The notes under the pieces: generated by a model
Databases searched by the model: none
Told to the model about the DNA's origin: nothing
The model's input: the letters and a program-made list of their open reading frames with translations, nothing else
Shown here: piece after piece, positions 9,733-19,541 of the stretch
How positions within the stretch are numbered: the stretch's first letter is position 1
Layout: every line of letters begins with the position of its first letter
DNA from: an uncultured Spirochaetia bacterium
Lineage (GTDB): Bacteria; Oederibacteriota; PGYV01; CAYNMZ01
Direction: 5' to 3'
Assembly (NCBI GenBank): GCA_964398505.1
Contig: CAYNMZ010000001.1
Coordinates: 394-64,393, forward strand
Length of the DNA stretch: 64,000 bases
Translations under genes and position numbers: made by a program

Positions 9733-10161
9733 ATGAACATCATAAGGAGGTCGGATACCCCGTCAAGGAGGGACATTTTTGCAGACTTTTTTGACAATTT
9801 TTTTGACTCAGACCTATCTCCCGCTGCAGGAAGGCTTGCTCCGGCTGTGGACATTGTTGAAGGAAAAGACAAATATACTGTAAAGGCTGACCTTCCGGGG
9901 CTGAAGCAGGAAGACATTAAAGTTGAGCTGGACGACGGAGTCCTGAAAATTTACGGCGAGAGAAAGTCTGAGAGGGAAGAAAAAGACGATTCAAAAAAGT
10001 ACCACTATTATGAAAGAAGCTACGGCTCTTTTGAACGGCGTTTTGTCCTGCCAAAGGATACTGACGGTGATAAAATTGACGCCAAATATGAAAACGGCGT
10101 CTTGACAGTTGACATTCCTAAGACAGAGGCAAAGAAGCCGAAAGAAATAAAGGTAAAATAA
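9733..10161 (+). CDS. Hsp20/alpha-crystallin family small heat-shock protein
   Basis: ACD core VDIVEGKDKYTVKADLPGLKQEDIKVELDDGVLKIYGERK...FERRFVLP; ATG 9733 sits 9 nt after AAGGAGG (the track's 9724 start is a GTG directly abutting the RBS). Confidence 0.85.
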   Translation: MNIIRRSDTPSRRDIFADFFDNFFDSDLSPAAGRLAPAVDIVEGKDKYTVKADLPGLKQEDIKVELDDGVLKIYGERKSEREEKDDSKKYHYYERSYGSFERRFVLPKDTDGDKIDAKYENGVLTVDIPKTEAKKPKEIKVK

Positions 10162-10166
10162 CTGTT

Positions 10167-10216
10167 AAGTCCAGGTCCGAGGGCAATTTTCTCCCTGGGA
10201 CCTGGGACTTAATACT
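10167..10216 (+). terminator. Hairpin after hsp20 (possible terminator, weak U-tract)
   Basis: AAGTCCAGGTCC (10167-10178) pairs with GGACCTGGGACTT (10198-10210), then aatacTTTgg. Confidence 0.4.
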
Positions 10217-10228
10217 TTGGACTTGTAT

Positions 10229-10830
10229 TTACGCCGTATCCCTTATGACAAGCTCGTTTTCAAAAACAATATTTTCAGGAAGGGCTTTTGGTTCATTTAT
10301 GGCGCGTACTGCCGCGTTAAAAGCAGACCTGCCCATTTCATCAAGAGGCTGCCTGACCGTAGTCAGACCTGTATCAGACGACATTTCTATGTCGTCAAAA
10401 CCCACAAGTGATATTGTTCCCGGCACATCAACATGCTGTTTACTTGCCTTTTTCAGGAATCCGTGCGCGACATAGCCGCCGGCCGCGCAAAGCACCGCGT
10501 CTATTCCGGGATTTTCCCTTATCAGTGACTCAAAACTTCGCTTCCATTTTCTGTCGTAAAATACGTGGTATGCCTGCACAGCTTTTTATCCTCTTTAAAC
10601 CCGTTGTCCTTTAAAGCCTGTATGTACGCCCTGTGCCTGTCGTCAATCTGGTGGTATTAAAGATCCCGGCGGTTAACATAACGTTTTTATGTTCTTTGTA
10701 ATGCAAAACCATACGCATTCTAAGCATTTTTTTGTCTTTACAATTAATCATCATACGGTAGTATTGTATTGGACACATCGCGGCCTCCTCTACAGGTATT
10801 TGTTCTCGATAAACAAAATATCCCATAGAA
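10229..10830 (-). pseudogene. Frameshifted remnant of a LacI-family transcriptional regulator
   Basis: ORF 10229..10579 encodes only a C-terminal sugar-binding-domain fragment (AVLCAAGGYVAHGFLKKASKQHVDVPGTISLVGFDDI...); upstream pieces (e.g. ...YIQALKDNGFKEDKKL...) are in other frames; no intact HTH-bearing N-terminus. Confidence 0.5.
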
Positions 10831-10967
10831 TGCCCGATGTGTCCACTATTTGTCTCCTTTCTTTATTATGCGTATTAACCTTAAATACCGTTCTTTACCA
10901 AGGATTTTTAGCTTTGCCAAGTGTATACGATGTCTATCCTTATTCTCAAAAAACCGGCTTAAATCAA

Positions 10968-10995
10968 TTGCATTTTTGGCGCGCGCTGATATAAT
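10968..10995 (+). promoter_or_regulatory. Sigma70-like promoter TTGCAT-16-TATAAT for the DUF1844 gene
   Basis: TTGCAT 10968-10973, 16-nt spacer, TATAAT 10990-10995, ATG at 11015. Confidence 0.5.
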
Positions 10996-11014
10996 GTCAT
11001 AAAAGGCGGTAAAA

Positions 11015-11401
11015 ATGGAAAACAAAGAAGACAACATAGATTTTATAAACCTCATACTGATGCTAAACCAGAACGCCATGATATCGCTTGGCGAGGCACC
11101 GAGGTTTGTCGGCGGCATGAAAAACGCCAACCTTCCACACGCGCGTCAGACCATAAACATGATTAAGTCCATACAGGAAAAATCAAAAGGAAATCTTACT
11201 CCCGGCGAGACAAAACTGCTGTTCAAGATACTCGGGGAACTACAGTCAAAATACGTAAAAGCCGCCGGACTTGACAAGCCTGGCCCTGTCAAAAGCTCAA
11301 AGCCTTCCACCGACGGACTGGGCAAGGCCCTTGACAATATGAGCAATGACGACCTTGCAAAACTCTTGTCCGAACTCGAAAAACATGCTGGAAATAAATG
11401 A
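11015..11401 (+). CDS. DUF1844-like hypothetical protein
   Basis: 128 aa hydrophilic protein (NIDFINLILMLNQNAMISLGE...), good promoter and compact coding statistics. Confidence 0.5.
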   Translation: MENKEDNIDFINLILMLNQNAMISLGEAPRFVGGMKNANLPHARQTINMIKSIQEKSKGNLTPGETKLLFKILGELQSKYVKAAGLDKPGPVKSSKPSTDGLGKALDNMSNDDLAKLLSELEKHAGNK

Positions 11402-11885
11402 ACTTAAAAAGATTGCCGTAATATCCGATACACACATACCGACCAGGGCTTCCGGCATCCCAAAAAAGGCTGCTGAACTTATGTGCGGCTCTGGCCTTAT
11501 AATTCATTGCGGTGACATAGTCGCCAACAGCGTTTTAAAACTGCTTTCTTCCCTTTCCCCCGTAGTTGCCGTGAAGGGAAACATGGATTCCGACGAAATA
11601 GACGCTCCAATCGAGCAGGTCATAAAGATAAACGGCCGTTTTACGCTTTGCATTGCTCACGGTTCCGGCTCACCTGTGTCAATACAGCCTAGCTTATATA
11701 AAAAATTCATAGGTTATTCCCCTGATTTAATCATACACGGCCATACTCATGTGCCATATATTTCCGAATACAGGGGAATTGGTTTTTTCAACCCCGGCTC
11801 CTGCACAGCAGGTCTGGATTATAATTCCATGGGATTTATGGAAATTGACGAATCATCAATTAAACCTCGAATTATAAGCCTTTAA
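11385..11885 (+). CDS. Metallophosphoesterase, YfcE/MJ0936 family
   Basis: IAVISDTHIP...IHCGDIV...CIAHGSG...IIHGHTH motifs; start set to ATG 11385 (MLEINELKK) rather than 11346. Confidence 0.75.
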   Translation: MLEINELKKIAVISDTHIPTRASGIPKKAAELMCGSGLIIHCGDIVANSVLKLLSSLSPVVAVKGNMDSDEIDAPIEQVIKINGRFTLCIAHGSGSPVSIQPSLYKKFIGYSPDLIIHGHTHVPYISEYRGIGFFNPGSCTAGLDYNSMGFMEIDESSIKPRIISL

Positions 11886-11995
11886 ATTATGGTTTTTATC
11901 GTAAATTTTAAATCATTTCAATGTGTAATAATTATGTCCATGTTTATAATTATAAAATAACATAATAAAAATAAAGGGGTTTTTTGTGTATTCTA

Positions 11996-12025
11996 TGTGG
12001 ATAATTGTGTATAACTTGTGGAAAT
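11996..12025 (+). promoter_or_regulatory. Head-to-tail triplet of DnaA-box-like 9-mers (ectopic DnaA-box cluster)
   Basis: TGTGGATAA (11996-12004, perfect), TGTGTATAA (12006-12014, 1 mismatch), TGTGGAAAT (12017-12025, 2 mismatches) with about 10-bp phasing, in the AT-rich gap between convergent genes. Confidence 0.4.
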
Positions 12026-12044
12026 CACGAAAGGACGAAAAATG

Positions 12045-13262
12045 CTAAACCTGCTTTTGCCGTAAAATACTGTACTTTACTGCTTCTTTTTCCGATTCAA
12101 GAAAAATGGAATATCTTTTGTCCTGCGCCGCATATACCTGTTCAATGCCTTCGCTGTCCTTGATCGCCGCAATACATGCCTCAAAAACAACACCGTCAGG
12201 ATTTAATACCTCTACTTTTTCGCCGGTCCTAAAGCTGCCCTTTACATACAGCGCAATAGTTTTACCCGCTGCTTCAGAAGCGTATCCTAAAAACCTGTAT
12301 CCGGCAATATATGAGGACGAGGGATAGTGCTGCGCGTTCGCGCCTCCCTCAAAATAGAACCCCCTGAAATACTGCCTGTGCGATATCTTTTCAAGCTCTG
12401 TCATGGAAAACCCGTCAAATCTGTAAGTTTTTGGGGACGCCATATAAAGGTCCCTTTCCCGCCTATAGGCAAGCGCCGTCACAGCTGTATAATGAGGGCC
12501 CTTCATCCTGCCCTCTATCTTGAAACTGTCTATGCCGGCGCCTATTAATTCCGGAATCCTGTCTATGGTGCAAATGTCCTTTGAATTGAATATGTATGTC
12601 CCGCGCCCGTCCTCGGCTATGCCGATATATTCGCCTTTTCTTTTTTCCTCAACAAGCGCATAGCTCCACCTGCACGGCTGAGCGCACTCGCCCGCGTTAG
12701 CGTCCCTGCCCGTGAGATAATTTGACAGCAGGCACCTTCCCGAAAGCGACATGCAAACGCTGCCGTGAACAAAGGCCTCAAGTTCCAGTCCCGGAGTTAT
12801 TTCCCTTATTTCCCTTATTTCATCTATGGAGAGCTCCCTTGCCAGAATGACCCTTTTTGCTCCAAGCTTCTGCCATTCAAGCGCTTCCATGTAATTCATG
12901 TTGTTTGCCTGCACAGATACATGCACCGGCATTTTCGGTGCGCTTTTTTTCGCTATTGCCATGATGCCAAGATCTGAAACTATTATGGCGTCAAAGCCAG
13001 CGTCATAAAGAAAAGCAATATGCCGGGAAATGGGCTCAAGGTCGCTGTTTCTCGCGAAAATATTGACTGCAGCATAAATCTTTTTCTTTTTAACTCGCGC
13101 CAGCTGCGCCGCCTTTGCCAGTTCTTCGTCTGAAAAATTCCCGGCATAGGAGCGCAGGCTGAAATCCCTGCCGGATACATAGGCCGCATCAGCCCCGTAT
13201 TCATAGGCTATTTCAAGTTTTTCAAGATTTCCGGCAGGAGAAAGTATTTCCGGTATTTTCAC
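12045..13262 (-). CDS. Peptidase U32 family (collagenase-like PrtC)
   Basis: 405 aa; conserved U32 Cys motif region FVHGSVCMSLSGRCLLSNYLTGRDANAGECAQPCRWSY. Confidence 0.85.
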   Translation of the reverse strand: MKIPEILSPAGNLEKLEIAYEYGADAAYVSGRDFSLRSYAGNFSDEELAKAAQLARVKKKKIYAAVNIFARNSDLEPISRHIAFLYDAGFDAIIVSDLGIMAIAKKSAPKMPVHVSVQANNMNYMEALEWQKLGAKRVILARELSIDEIREIREITPGLELEAFVHGSVCMSLSGRCLLSNYLTGRDANAGECAQPCRWSYALVEEKRKGEYIGIAEDGRGTYIFNSKDICTIDRIPELIGAGIDSFKIEGRMKGPHYTAVTALAYRRERDLYMASPKTYRFDGFSMTELEKISHRQYFRGFYFEGGANAQHYPSSSYIAGYRFLGYASEAAGKTIALYVKGSFRTGEKVEVLNPDGVVFEACIAAIKDSEGIEQVYAAQDKRYSIFLESEKEAVKYSILRQKQV

Positions 13263-13864
13263 ATCTTTTTCCTTTCAACAATCGCTTGCCCTAGTGTTAT
13301 TTCATCTGTATACTTTATATCAGAGCCCGTTGGCAGACCCTTGGCTAGTCTTGTTATAAGCAAATTCCTTCCGCTGTTTTTTGCCAGCTCGGCAATATAA
13401 AGAGCCGTAGCGTCGCCTTCCACTGTATGGTTTACGGCAAGGAGAATTTCCTTTATACCTTCCTCTTCCTTTATCCTTAACGCAAGCTCGGCAAGTTTCA
13501 AATCAGATGGCAAAATGTTTTCCAAAGGATTTAATAGTCCCTGCAAGACAAGATAATAACCCCGAAACTTTCCTGTCCTTTCCACGTTTATTACATCCTC
13601 CGCAGACTCAACCACGCAAAGTATTGATGTGTCCCTTTTGTCGTCCGCGCATATGGTGCATACTTTTGAATCGCTTACATTAAAACACCTTGAGCATGTA
13701 ATGATTTCACTTGCGGATGAGAGCGCCTGGCAGAGCCTGTCTATTGAAGCAGAGCCTTTTCTAAGAAGACTTAACGCTATGCGTTCGGCCAATTTAGGGC
13801 CTATTCCGGGCAATTTTGATATTTCATTTATTAATACAAGAAGGCTGTGCGGATAATTATACAT
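13259..13864 (-). CDS. recR: Recombination protein RecR
   Basis: 201 aa; C4 zinc finger (CSRCFNVSDSKVCTIC) and Toprim region; in dnaX-ybaB-recR arrangement. Confidence 0.9.
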   Translation of the reverse strand: MYNYPHSLLVLINEISKLPGIGPKLAERIALSLLRKGSASIDRLCQALSSASEIITCSRCFNVSDSKVCTICADDKRDTSILCVVESAEDVINVERTGKFRGYYLVLQGLLNPLENILPSDLKLAELALRIKEEEGIKEILLAVNHTVEGDATALYIAELAKNSGRNLLITRLAKGLPTGSDIKYTDEITLGQAIVERKKM

Positions 13865-13871
13865 TTACATC

Positions 13872-14198
13872 CTAAAACATCCCCGGTATGTTAAGCCCCA
13901 GGCTTCCGGTTATTTTTTTAGCCTCAGCGTCAGCTGACTCCTGCGCTTTTGAAAGCGCCTCGTTCACTGCCGCTGTCACAAGGTCCTGCAACATTTCAAT
14001 ATCTCCTGAGGCGGCCAGTTCCTTCTCTATTTTTACCGAAATTATCTGTTTTGCGGCGTTTGCCGTAACAGTTACGGCCCCGCCGCCCGCGGACGCTTCT
14101 ACGATAATATTCTTAAGTTCATCCTGCATTTTTTGAAGCTTTTCCTGCATTTTCTGAGCCTGCTTCATCATTTCACTTATATTACCCATGCCTCTCAT
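13872..14198 (-). CDS. ybaB: Nucleoid-associated protein YbaB/EbfC
   Basis: 108 aa; MMKQAQKMQEKLQKMQDEL... typical of the family; between dnaX and recR. Confidence 0.9.
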   Translation of the reverse strand: MRGMGNISEMMKQAQKMQEKLQKMQDELKNIIVEASAGGGAVTVTANAAKQIISVKIEKELAASGDIEMLQDLVTAAVNEALSKAQESADAEAKKITGSLGLNIPGMF

Positions 14199-14207
14199 AG
14201 AATCCTC

Positions 14208-15833
14208 CTACTTTTGCGGCTTTTTTACATCAATCTCGGATATCTTGAATATCTTTCCAAGGTCCTTTATTATCGGATGGTTCTTTGCTTCTTCCTCGTC
14301 CACCGCTTTTTTCACCTGGTGCTTGCGCCTGTATTCTTCCCTGTCCATAATTACCAGGACAGGAGCGATACCTAGCTCATCTCCTATTATCTTTCTTAAT
14401 ACTTCCTTTCCTGAGACGAGAATCTTTGTCATAAAAGGATTTTCTCCCACTATGAAAAGGTTCGGTTCGTCATAAGACACTACACCCGCTGTTTCCATGG
14501 CACGGGCCAGGTCTTGCCTGTCAGACGCCCTTTCAATTATATTCTGCCAATGTTTCTCCACTATTTCCTTTGAAAGCTTTTTTATCTGCTCTTTTTCCTC
14601 TATTGATTCTATTATAATATGGCCTTCAGTTGTCGCTGTATCACGTGCCGCTTCAGTTTGTTGCTGGACCGCATCAACGGCCTTTGCAGTTGGTTTTACG
14701 CCTGCAGCAGACGCCATGTCAGCCGCTGCTGCCGCGCCACTCATACACGCGTCTATCACAAAGGCCTCAAGCGCCACCTCGCTTGAGCCTGACCTTTCCA
14801 AATACCGGCCTGTTTCAAGAGCCTTTTGAAGTAAATACAGCGTGCGCTCCCTTTCCATTATTGACGAGGCCTTTTTAAGAAACGTATATTCATCATCGCC
14901 TACTTTTGAAATTTCCCTGCTGTCTACTGCCCTTATGACAGCCATCTCCCGGAGCATGGTTGTCAGGTCAAAAAGAAAGTGTTTCAAGTCATATCCGGCC
15001 TCTATAACCTGTTCCACAACGAGCAACGCGGCCTTTATGTCCCGGCCTGCTATTGCCAGTACAAGGGAATTTATCAGGTCTATGCCCGCCTCTCCAAGCA
15101 TTTCAGATACAGCAGCAGCGGTAAGCTTCCCGCCTTTTACATATGTAAAAGCCTGGTCAAATATCCTCTGAGCGTCCCGCAGCGCGCCGTCAGCCGCCTT
15201 TGCTATCATGAAATACGCGTCATCATCGCAATTAATTTTTTCATTTTTAGCTATCATTTTCAGGTTTTCTATAATTAGATTCACAGGCATTCTCCTGAAC
15301 CTGAAATGCTGGCACCTTGAAAGTATGGTCTGGGGTATCTTGGCCGGGTCTGTCGTCGCAAAAATGAATATTACATGAGCCGGAGGCTCTTCAAGGGTCT
15401 TTAAAAAAGCGTTAAAAGCGGAATTTGAAAGCATGTGCACTTCGTCTATAATATATATCTTGTATTTCCCCCTGGCTGCTGAAAAACCCACATGCTCCCT
15501 TAATTCCCTGATTTCCTCAACACCGTTGTTTGAAGCGCCGTCTATTTCTATCACATCAAGCGCGGAACCTTCTGAAGTCTCAGTGCAGGAGCCGCAAACG
15601 CCGCACGGAGTCGGCGTAGGTCCCTTTTCACAGTTTAATGCTTTGGCAAAAACCCTCGCGGTCGTGGTCTTTCCAACGCCACGCGGCCCGGAAAACAGGT
15701 AAGCATGCATAATGCGCCCCGTCTCTATGGCCCTCGTCAGAGGCAATGTAACCTGTTCCTGACCCACAATTTCTGCAAAAGTTTTTGGCCGCCATTTTCT
15801 GGTAAAAACAAGATACTTATTATCCATTAGCAC
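14208..15833 (-). CDS. dnaX: DNA polymerase III subunit gamma/tau
   Basis: 541 aa; AAA+ Walker A GPRGVGKTT, zinc module CGVCGSC, SRC motif (ILSRCQ). Confidence 0.9.
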   Translation of the reverse strand: MLMDNKYLVFTRKWRPKTFAEIVGQEQVTLPLTRAIETGRIMHAYLFSGPRGVGKTTTARVFAKALNCEKGPTPTPCGVCGSCTETSEGSALDVIEIDGASNNGVEEIRELREHVGFSAARGKYKIYIIDEVHMLSNSAFNAFLKTLEEPPAHVIFIFATTDPAKIPQTILSRCQHFRFRRMPVNLIIENLKMIAKNEKINCDDDAYFMIAKAADGALRDAQRIFDQAFTYVKGGKLTAAAVSEMLGEAGIDLINSLVLAIAGRDIKAALLVVEQVIEAGYDLKHFLFDLTTMLREMAVIRAVDSREISKVGDDEYTFLKKASSIMERERTLYLLQKALETGRYLERSGSSEVALEAFVIDACMSGAAAAADMASAAGVKPTAKAVDAVQQQTEAARDTATTEGHIIIESIEEKEQIKKLSKEIVEKHWQNIIERASDRQDLARAMETAGVVSYDEPNLFIVGENPFMTKILVSGKEVLRKIIGDELGIAPVLVIMDREEYRRKHQVKKAVDEEEAKNHPIIKDLGKIFKISEIDVKKPQK

Positions 15834-15875
15834 TCCTGATTTTAATACTTACTATAGCTTGAAACTAAATTATAA

Positions 15876-16148
15876 GCCATACCGCCGGGCTTCGATAAGA
15901 TTTTCAGGCCCGTTCGTATTTCCCGCTCAGGTCAGGTAAACCCGGCAACACCTCTGATGCAATCCCTTACCGCTGCTTCCTTCCGGACCTGACGGGGTTT
16001 AGGCGCTCAAAGCGCGCCGGACCCGGCCTTCAACACGGGTTTAATACGGACAGGTTCCCTGAAAATAAGACCTCAGGCCCGGCAACTCAGCCCGGCTGAA
16101 GCGGATTGCCGGTACAGGGCACCGCTGGTTCCCCGCCTAGGTATGGCC
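15876..16148 (-). ncRNA. ffs: Signal recognition particle RNA, large (Bacillus-type, with Alu domain), about 270 nt
   Basis: Minus strand carries the universally conserved domain IV motif GUCAGGUCCGGAAGGAAGCAGC (plus 15972-15993); 5' GGCCAUACC pairs with 3' GGUAUGGC; located immediately upstream of dnaX as in B. subtilis (scr-dnaX-ybaB-recR). Confidence 0.75.
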
Positions 16149-16319
16149 TGATAATTGCCGGATTAACCGTGAAATTATAGCATTTATAATACCAAAAATC
16201 CATAGGTGAAAAAATTTTAAAAATTTTAAAGAATTTTTTTAAAGAATTTTATACAGTCCAAAAATTACCTCAATTATGGTATGATATTTTTATATAAACT
16301 TAAATGTAAAGGATGCTGC

Positions 16320-17696
16320 ATGAACGTACTTCTGATAAACCCTTACCAGACAGCAAGAAAAGGTAACATTTGGACAAGCATACAGGGAGCGATGCCGCCC
16401 CTGGGGCTCGCTTATATTTCCTCCTATCTTACAGCCAGGGGTGTGGAAAACTCAATACTTGACATGAATATAGAGCAGGGAGACGCGGCCGAGCAGGTCA
16501 AAAGGATTGAAGGCGATTACGACATCATAGGCATAACCTCCATGACCAGCGCCGTCAAACACGGCTATGAGATAGCTTCAGAATGTAAAAAGAAATTCCC
16601 TAAGTCAAGGATAGTTTTCGGCGGAGTACACGCCACTGTCATGCCCGAGGAAGTGCTTTCAACAGGTTCCGTTGACTATGTTTTCAGGGGCGAAGGCGAG
16701 GAGTCTTTTTACAGGTTCATAAAGGGGGATGATATTTCAGGCATACCCGGGATATCTTACAGGAAAGACGGTAAGATATTCCATAACCCGGACGCGCCTC
16801 TTGTAGCTGACCTTGATACCCTGCCAATACCCGCTTACAACAAGCTTAAAATGGAAAAATATTCTCCGACCCTCGGCTCATACAAGCGGCTTCCGGCGAT
16901 AAGCATGCTCGCCACGAGGGGTTGTCCCGGCATGTGCACGTACTGCTTCGGCGCTTTTCTCGGCGGGAAAACAAGGATGCATTCGGTTGAGTACCTTATA
17001 AAAGAAATAAAAATGCTAATTAAGGAATACGGTATAAAGGAAGTGCTGTTTTACGACGATACATTCACTGTGTACAGGAAAAAAGTAATGGAATTCTGCG
17101 AAAGGATTATATCCGACAAGATTGACATCACCTGGGTGTGTTTTTCAAGGGTCGACACCATAGACGAGGAAACCCTCGCGCTTATGAAAAAAGCCGGCTG
17201 CCACCAGATAATGTACGGAATAGAGTCAGGCAGCCCGGAAATTCTGAGGAACATAAATAAGAAAATCGACCGTGAAAAAGCCATCAAAGCCGTAAGGATG
17301 ACCAAAAAGGCTGGAATTGAATGCAGGGCAACGTTCATGCTTGGAAATCCGGGTGAAACAGAAGAAACCATAATGCAGACTCTTAAATTCGCCATTGAGC
17401 TTGAACCTGACATCGCGCTTTTCAACATAACTACGCCTTTCCCCGGTACAAGGATGTTCGACTGGGCAAGGGAAAACGGCTATCTAATGACCCAGGACTG
17501 GCTCTTATACGATTTGTCAAATATGGTAATGAGGTTGCCAACAATCAGCCATGAAAAAATTGAGCATTATTACAGGCTTGCCTTTAAAAAATTCTTTCTC
17601 AGGCCCTCATACCTTCTAAAAAGGCTGTTTGGCCTTCGCAGCATAACTGAATTAAAGAACGCTGTTAAGGCTTTTTTCGCGATAATCAGGCATTAG
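16320..17696 (+). CDS. B12-binding domain-containing radical SAM protein
   Basis: N-terminal cobalamin-binding Rossmann (ILDMNIEQ...IIGITSMTS) followed by radical SAM CxxxCxxC (CPGMCTYC); start moved to ATG 16320, which has an AAAGGATG RBS (track 16281 ATG lies inside the -10 TGnTATGAT). Confidence 0.8.
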   Translation: MNVLLINPYQTARKGNIWTSIQGAMPPLGLAYISSYLTARGVENSILDMNIEQGDAAEQVKRIEGDYDIIGITSMTSAVKHGYEIASECKKKFPKSRIVFGGVHATVMPEEVLSTGSVDYVFRGEGEESFYRFIKGDDISGIPGISYRKDGKIFHNPDAPLVADLDTLPIPAYNKLKMEKYSPTLGSYKRLPAISMLATRGCPGMCTYCFGAFLGGKTRMHSVEYLIKEIKMLIKEYGIKEVLFYDDTFTVYRKKVMEFCERIISDKIDITWVCFSRVDTIDEETLALMKKAGCHQIMYGIESGSPEILRNINKKIDREKAIKAVRMTKKAGIECRATFMLGNPGETEETIMQTLKFAIELEPDIALFNITTPFPGTRMFDWARENGYLMTQDWLLYDLSNMVMRLPTISHEKIEHYYRLAFKKFFLRPSYLLKRLFGLRSITELKNAVKAFFAIIRH

Positions 17697-17705
17697 GGGG
17701 CTTCT

Positions 17706-19541
17706 TTGGGACGATACTTTCATTTAATCGCCGGTTTTTTATCCGGCTGTACTACCGGCGCTGTTTTTTTCGTGTCCCTGAACAGTGGCGCTGGCCTTGC
17801 CAGCCCGCAGGCCGCGGCCTTTGCGGCCGGTTTCGGCGCAGCAGCCTGTATTTTGTGTTTTTTTATGGACCGCTGCGTCGCTTTTTCAAAAGGAAATACA
17901 TCAACAGGCCTTGGCGGCCTTTCAATGCTCATATACCTTATTCCTGTTATGGGAATTTTCGCGCTTATTACTCGCGGCCTTGTGTTCGGCAAACTGGCTT
18001 TGGTAAAAACTTCGGTGTTCGGCGCGGTTTACCTGCCTTTTTCAGGTTTCATCCGGCCGCAAATGCCTGAATTTTTCCTTATACTTTGCGTTGCCGCGCT
18101 ATGGATAACGCTTTTTTTCATAATAGCCTTAGTTTTCATAAAAAACTATTATATTTCAGGCGCGGACAGGGAAACTGAAAGGACGGTATTTTTGTTTTCC
18201 CTTGTTTTTTCAGTCCTCACGACATCATGGATAACGCTCACATACCCGCCTACCGGTGATGAACCGCATTACCTTGCTGCCGCAAGCTCAATAGCGCATG
18301 ACGCTGACCTTGACCTTGTCAACAATTATGAAGGAGCGCGCGAAAACAGGCTGCTTTTCATAAAACCCGCAGACTATGAAAGGCTTCATACAATAAGAAA
18401 AAACGGAAAAATCCTTCCGGCGCATGACCTTGGCCTGTCAATAATGCTGGCACCAGCGGTAAAACTCGGAGGAAGATACTGGGTTCAATTTTTAATTAAC
18501 ATCTGCGCGGCGCTTTTGTGCCTGTCCGTTTTCTTGTTGCTGATTAAGCTGGGAATACCGCGAAACATAGCCGCCGCCTCAGCCATGCTCTCTTCCGTAT
18601 CCGCCCCGCTTATTACAGGCTCTTCTCTTGCCCTTACCGAGGTGCCTGCGGCCGCAATAACGGCCTTCTGCCTTTATGTGCTTGTATCTCCGCAAAAAAC
18701 CCGCAATACGATCCTCTTTTTCTTGCTCATATCATTCCTTCCGTGGCTGCACGCCAAGCTGGCCCTGCTTTCAGCTGCCTTTTTTATGGCATATTGCGTC
18801 ATGAACAGCCTCAGGAAAAGCCTGTTTACGCCGTCCTTCTTTTCCGGAATCGTAATGGCGGCAGCTTCCCTGGCAGGATATCTTTTTTTATACGGCTCTG
18901 TCTACGGCATGGCTGGCCCTTTTGGAATAAAACAGCTTCACGAGAACATATATTCGGACAATCCCGCTGAACAGCTGAATACCTTTGTAATTACCGCGCC
19001 ACATTTTTTCACTTCGCTTTTCGCTTCCCTGTTTGACAGGGATTATGGCCTTTTTACAAGCTGCCCGGCATTTGTACTTTCATTGTTCGGTTTAGCGCTT
19101 GCTATAAAAAGAAGGGAAATCAGGATTTTCTCCGTATTCTTGCCGCTTATTCCTTATCTTGTTGTTTTTCTTTTCTGGAAAGACTGGACCGGCTCAATGA
19201 CACCTGCAAGACAGCTCATCCCCATCATTCCCTTTTTTATTTTCTCAGCCGCTTATTTTGCCTCGCATACAAATGTCATTCGGGCTTATTTTTTTAAACT
19301 GATAATTGCCGCGTCATTGCTTGCATCATGGATGATGGCCTGCCTTCCGCCGCTCCGGTATTACGCAAGCAAGGAAAAAATATACTTTTTTTCGCATGCA
19401 AAATTAGGGAAGCAGGCGCTGTGGCTTTTGCCGCCTTTTATGGAAAATACCGCTGCCGGGTTTACGGTCTCATTAATTTACTTATTGATTTTATCTGCTG
19501 TTTATCTTAGTCTCACAAAAGACAGGCAACTTACTGATTAG
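17706..19541 (+). CDS. Polytopic membrane protein, probable GT-C fold glycosyltransferase (ArnT/PMT-like)
   Basis: 611 aa, more than 12 predicted TM helices; first periplasmic loop YPPTGDEPHYLAAASSIAHDADL resembles the DE-x-RYAEIA motif of ArnT/PMT (GT83/GT39); directly after the B12-rSAM gene. Confidence 0.45.
   Translation: MGRYFHLIAGFLSGCTTGAVFFVSLNSGAGLASPQAAAFAAGFGAAACILCFFMDRCVAFSKGNTSTGLGGLSMLIYLIPVMGIFALITRGLVFGKLALVKTSVFGAVYLPFSGFIRPQMPEFFLILCVAALWITLFFIIALVFIKNYYISGADRETERTVFLFSLVFSVLTTSWITLTYPPTGDEPHYLAAASSIAHDADLDLVNNYEGARENRLLFIKPADYERLHTIRKNGKILPAHDLGLSIMLAPAVKLGGRYWVQFLINICAALLCLSVFLLLIKLGIPRNIAAASAMLSSVSAPLITGSSLALTEVPAAAITAFCLYVLVSPQKTRNTILFFLLISFLPWLHAKLALLSAAFFMAYCVMNSLRKSLFTPSFFSGIVMAAASLAGYLFLYGSVYGMAGPFGIKQLHENIYSDNPAEQLNTFVITAPHFFTSLFASLFDRDYGLFTSCPAFVLSLFGLALAIKRREIRIFSVFLPLIPYLVVFLFWKDWTGSMTPARQLIPIIPFFIFSAAYFASHTNVIRAYFFKLIIAASLLASWMMACLPPLRYYASKEKIYFFSHAKLGKQALWLLPPFMENTAAGFTVSLIYLLILSAVYLSLTKDRQLTD

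Noticed and set aside
16281-16319. Upstream ATG start for the B12-radical SAM gene
   Set aside because: The ATG at 16281 is within the TGnTATGAT extended -10 element. The ATG at 16320 has an AAAGGATG RBS and begins a typical N-terminus (MNVLLINPY).
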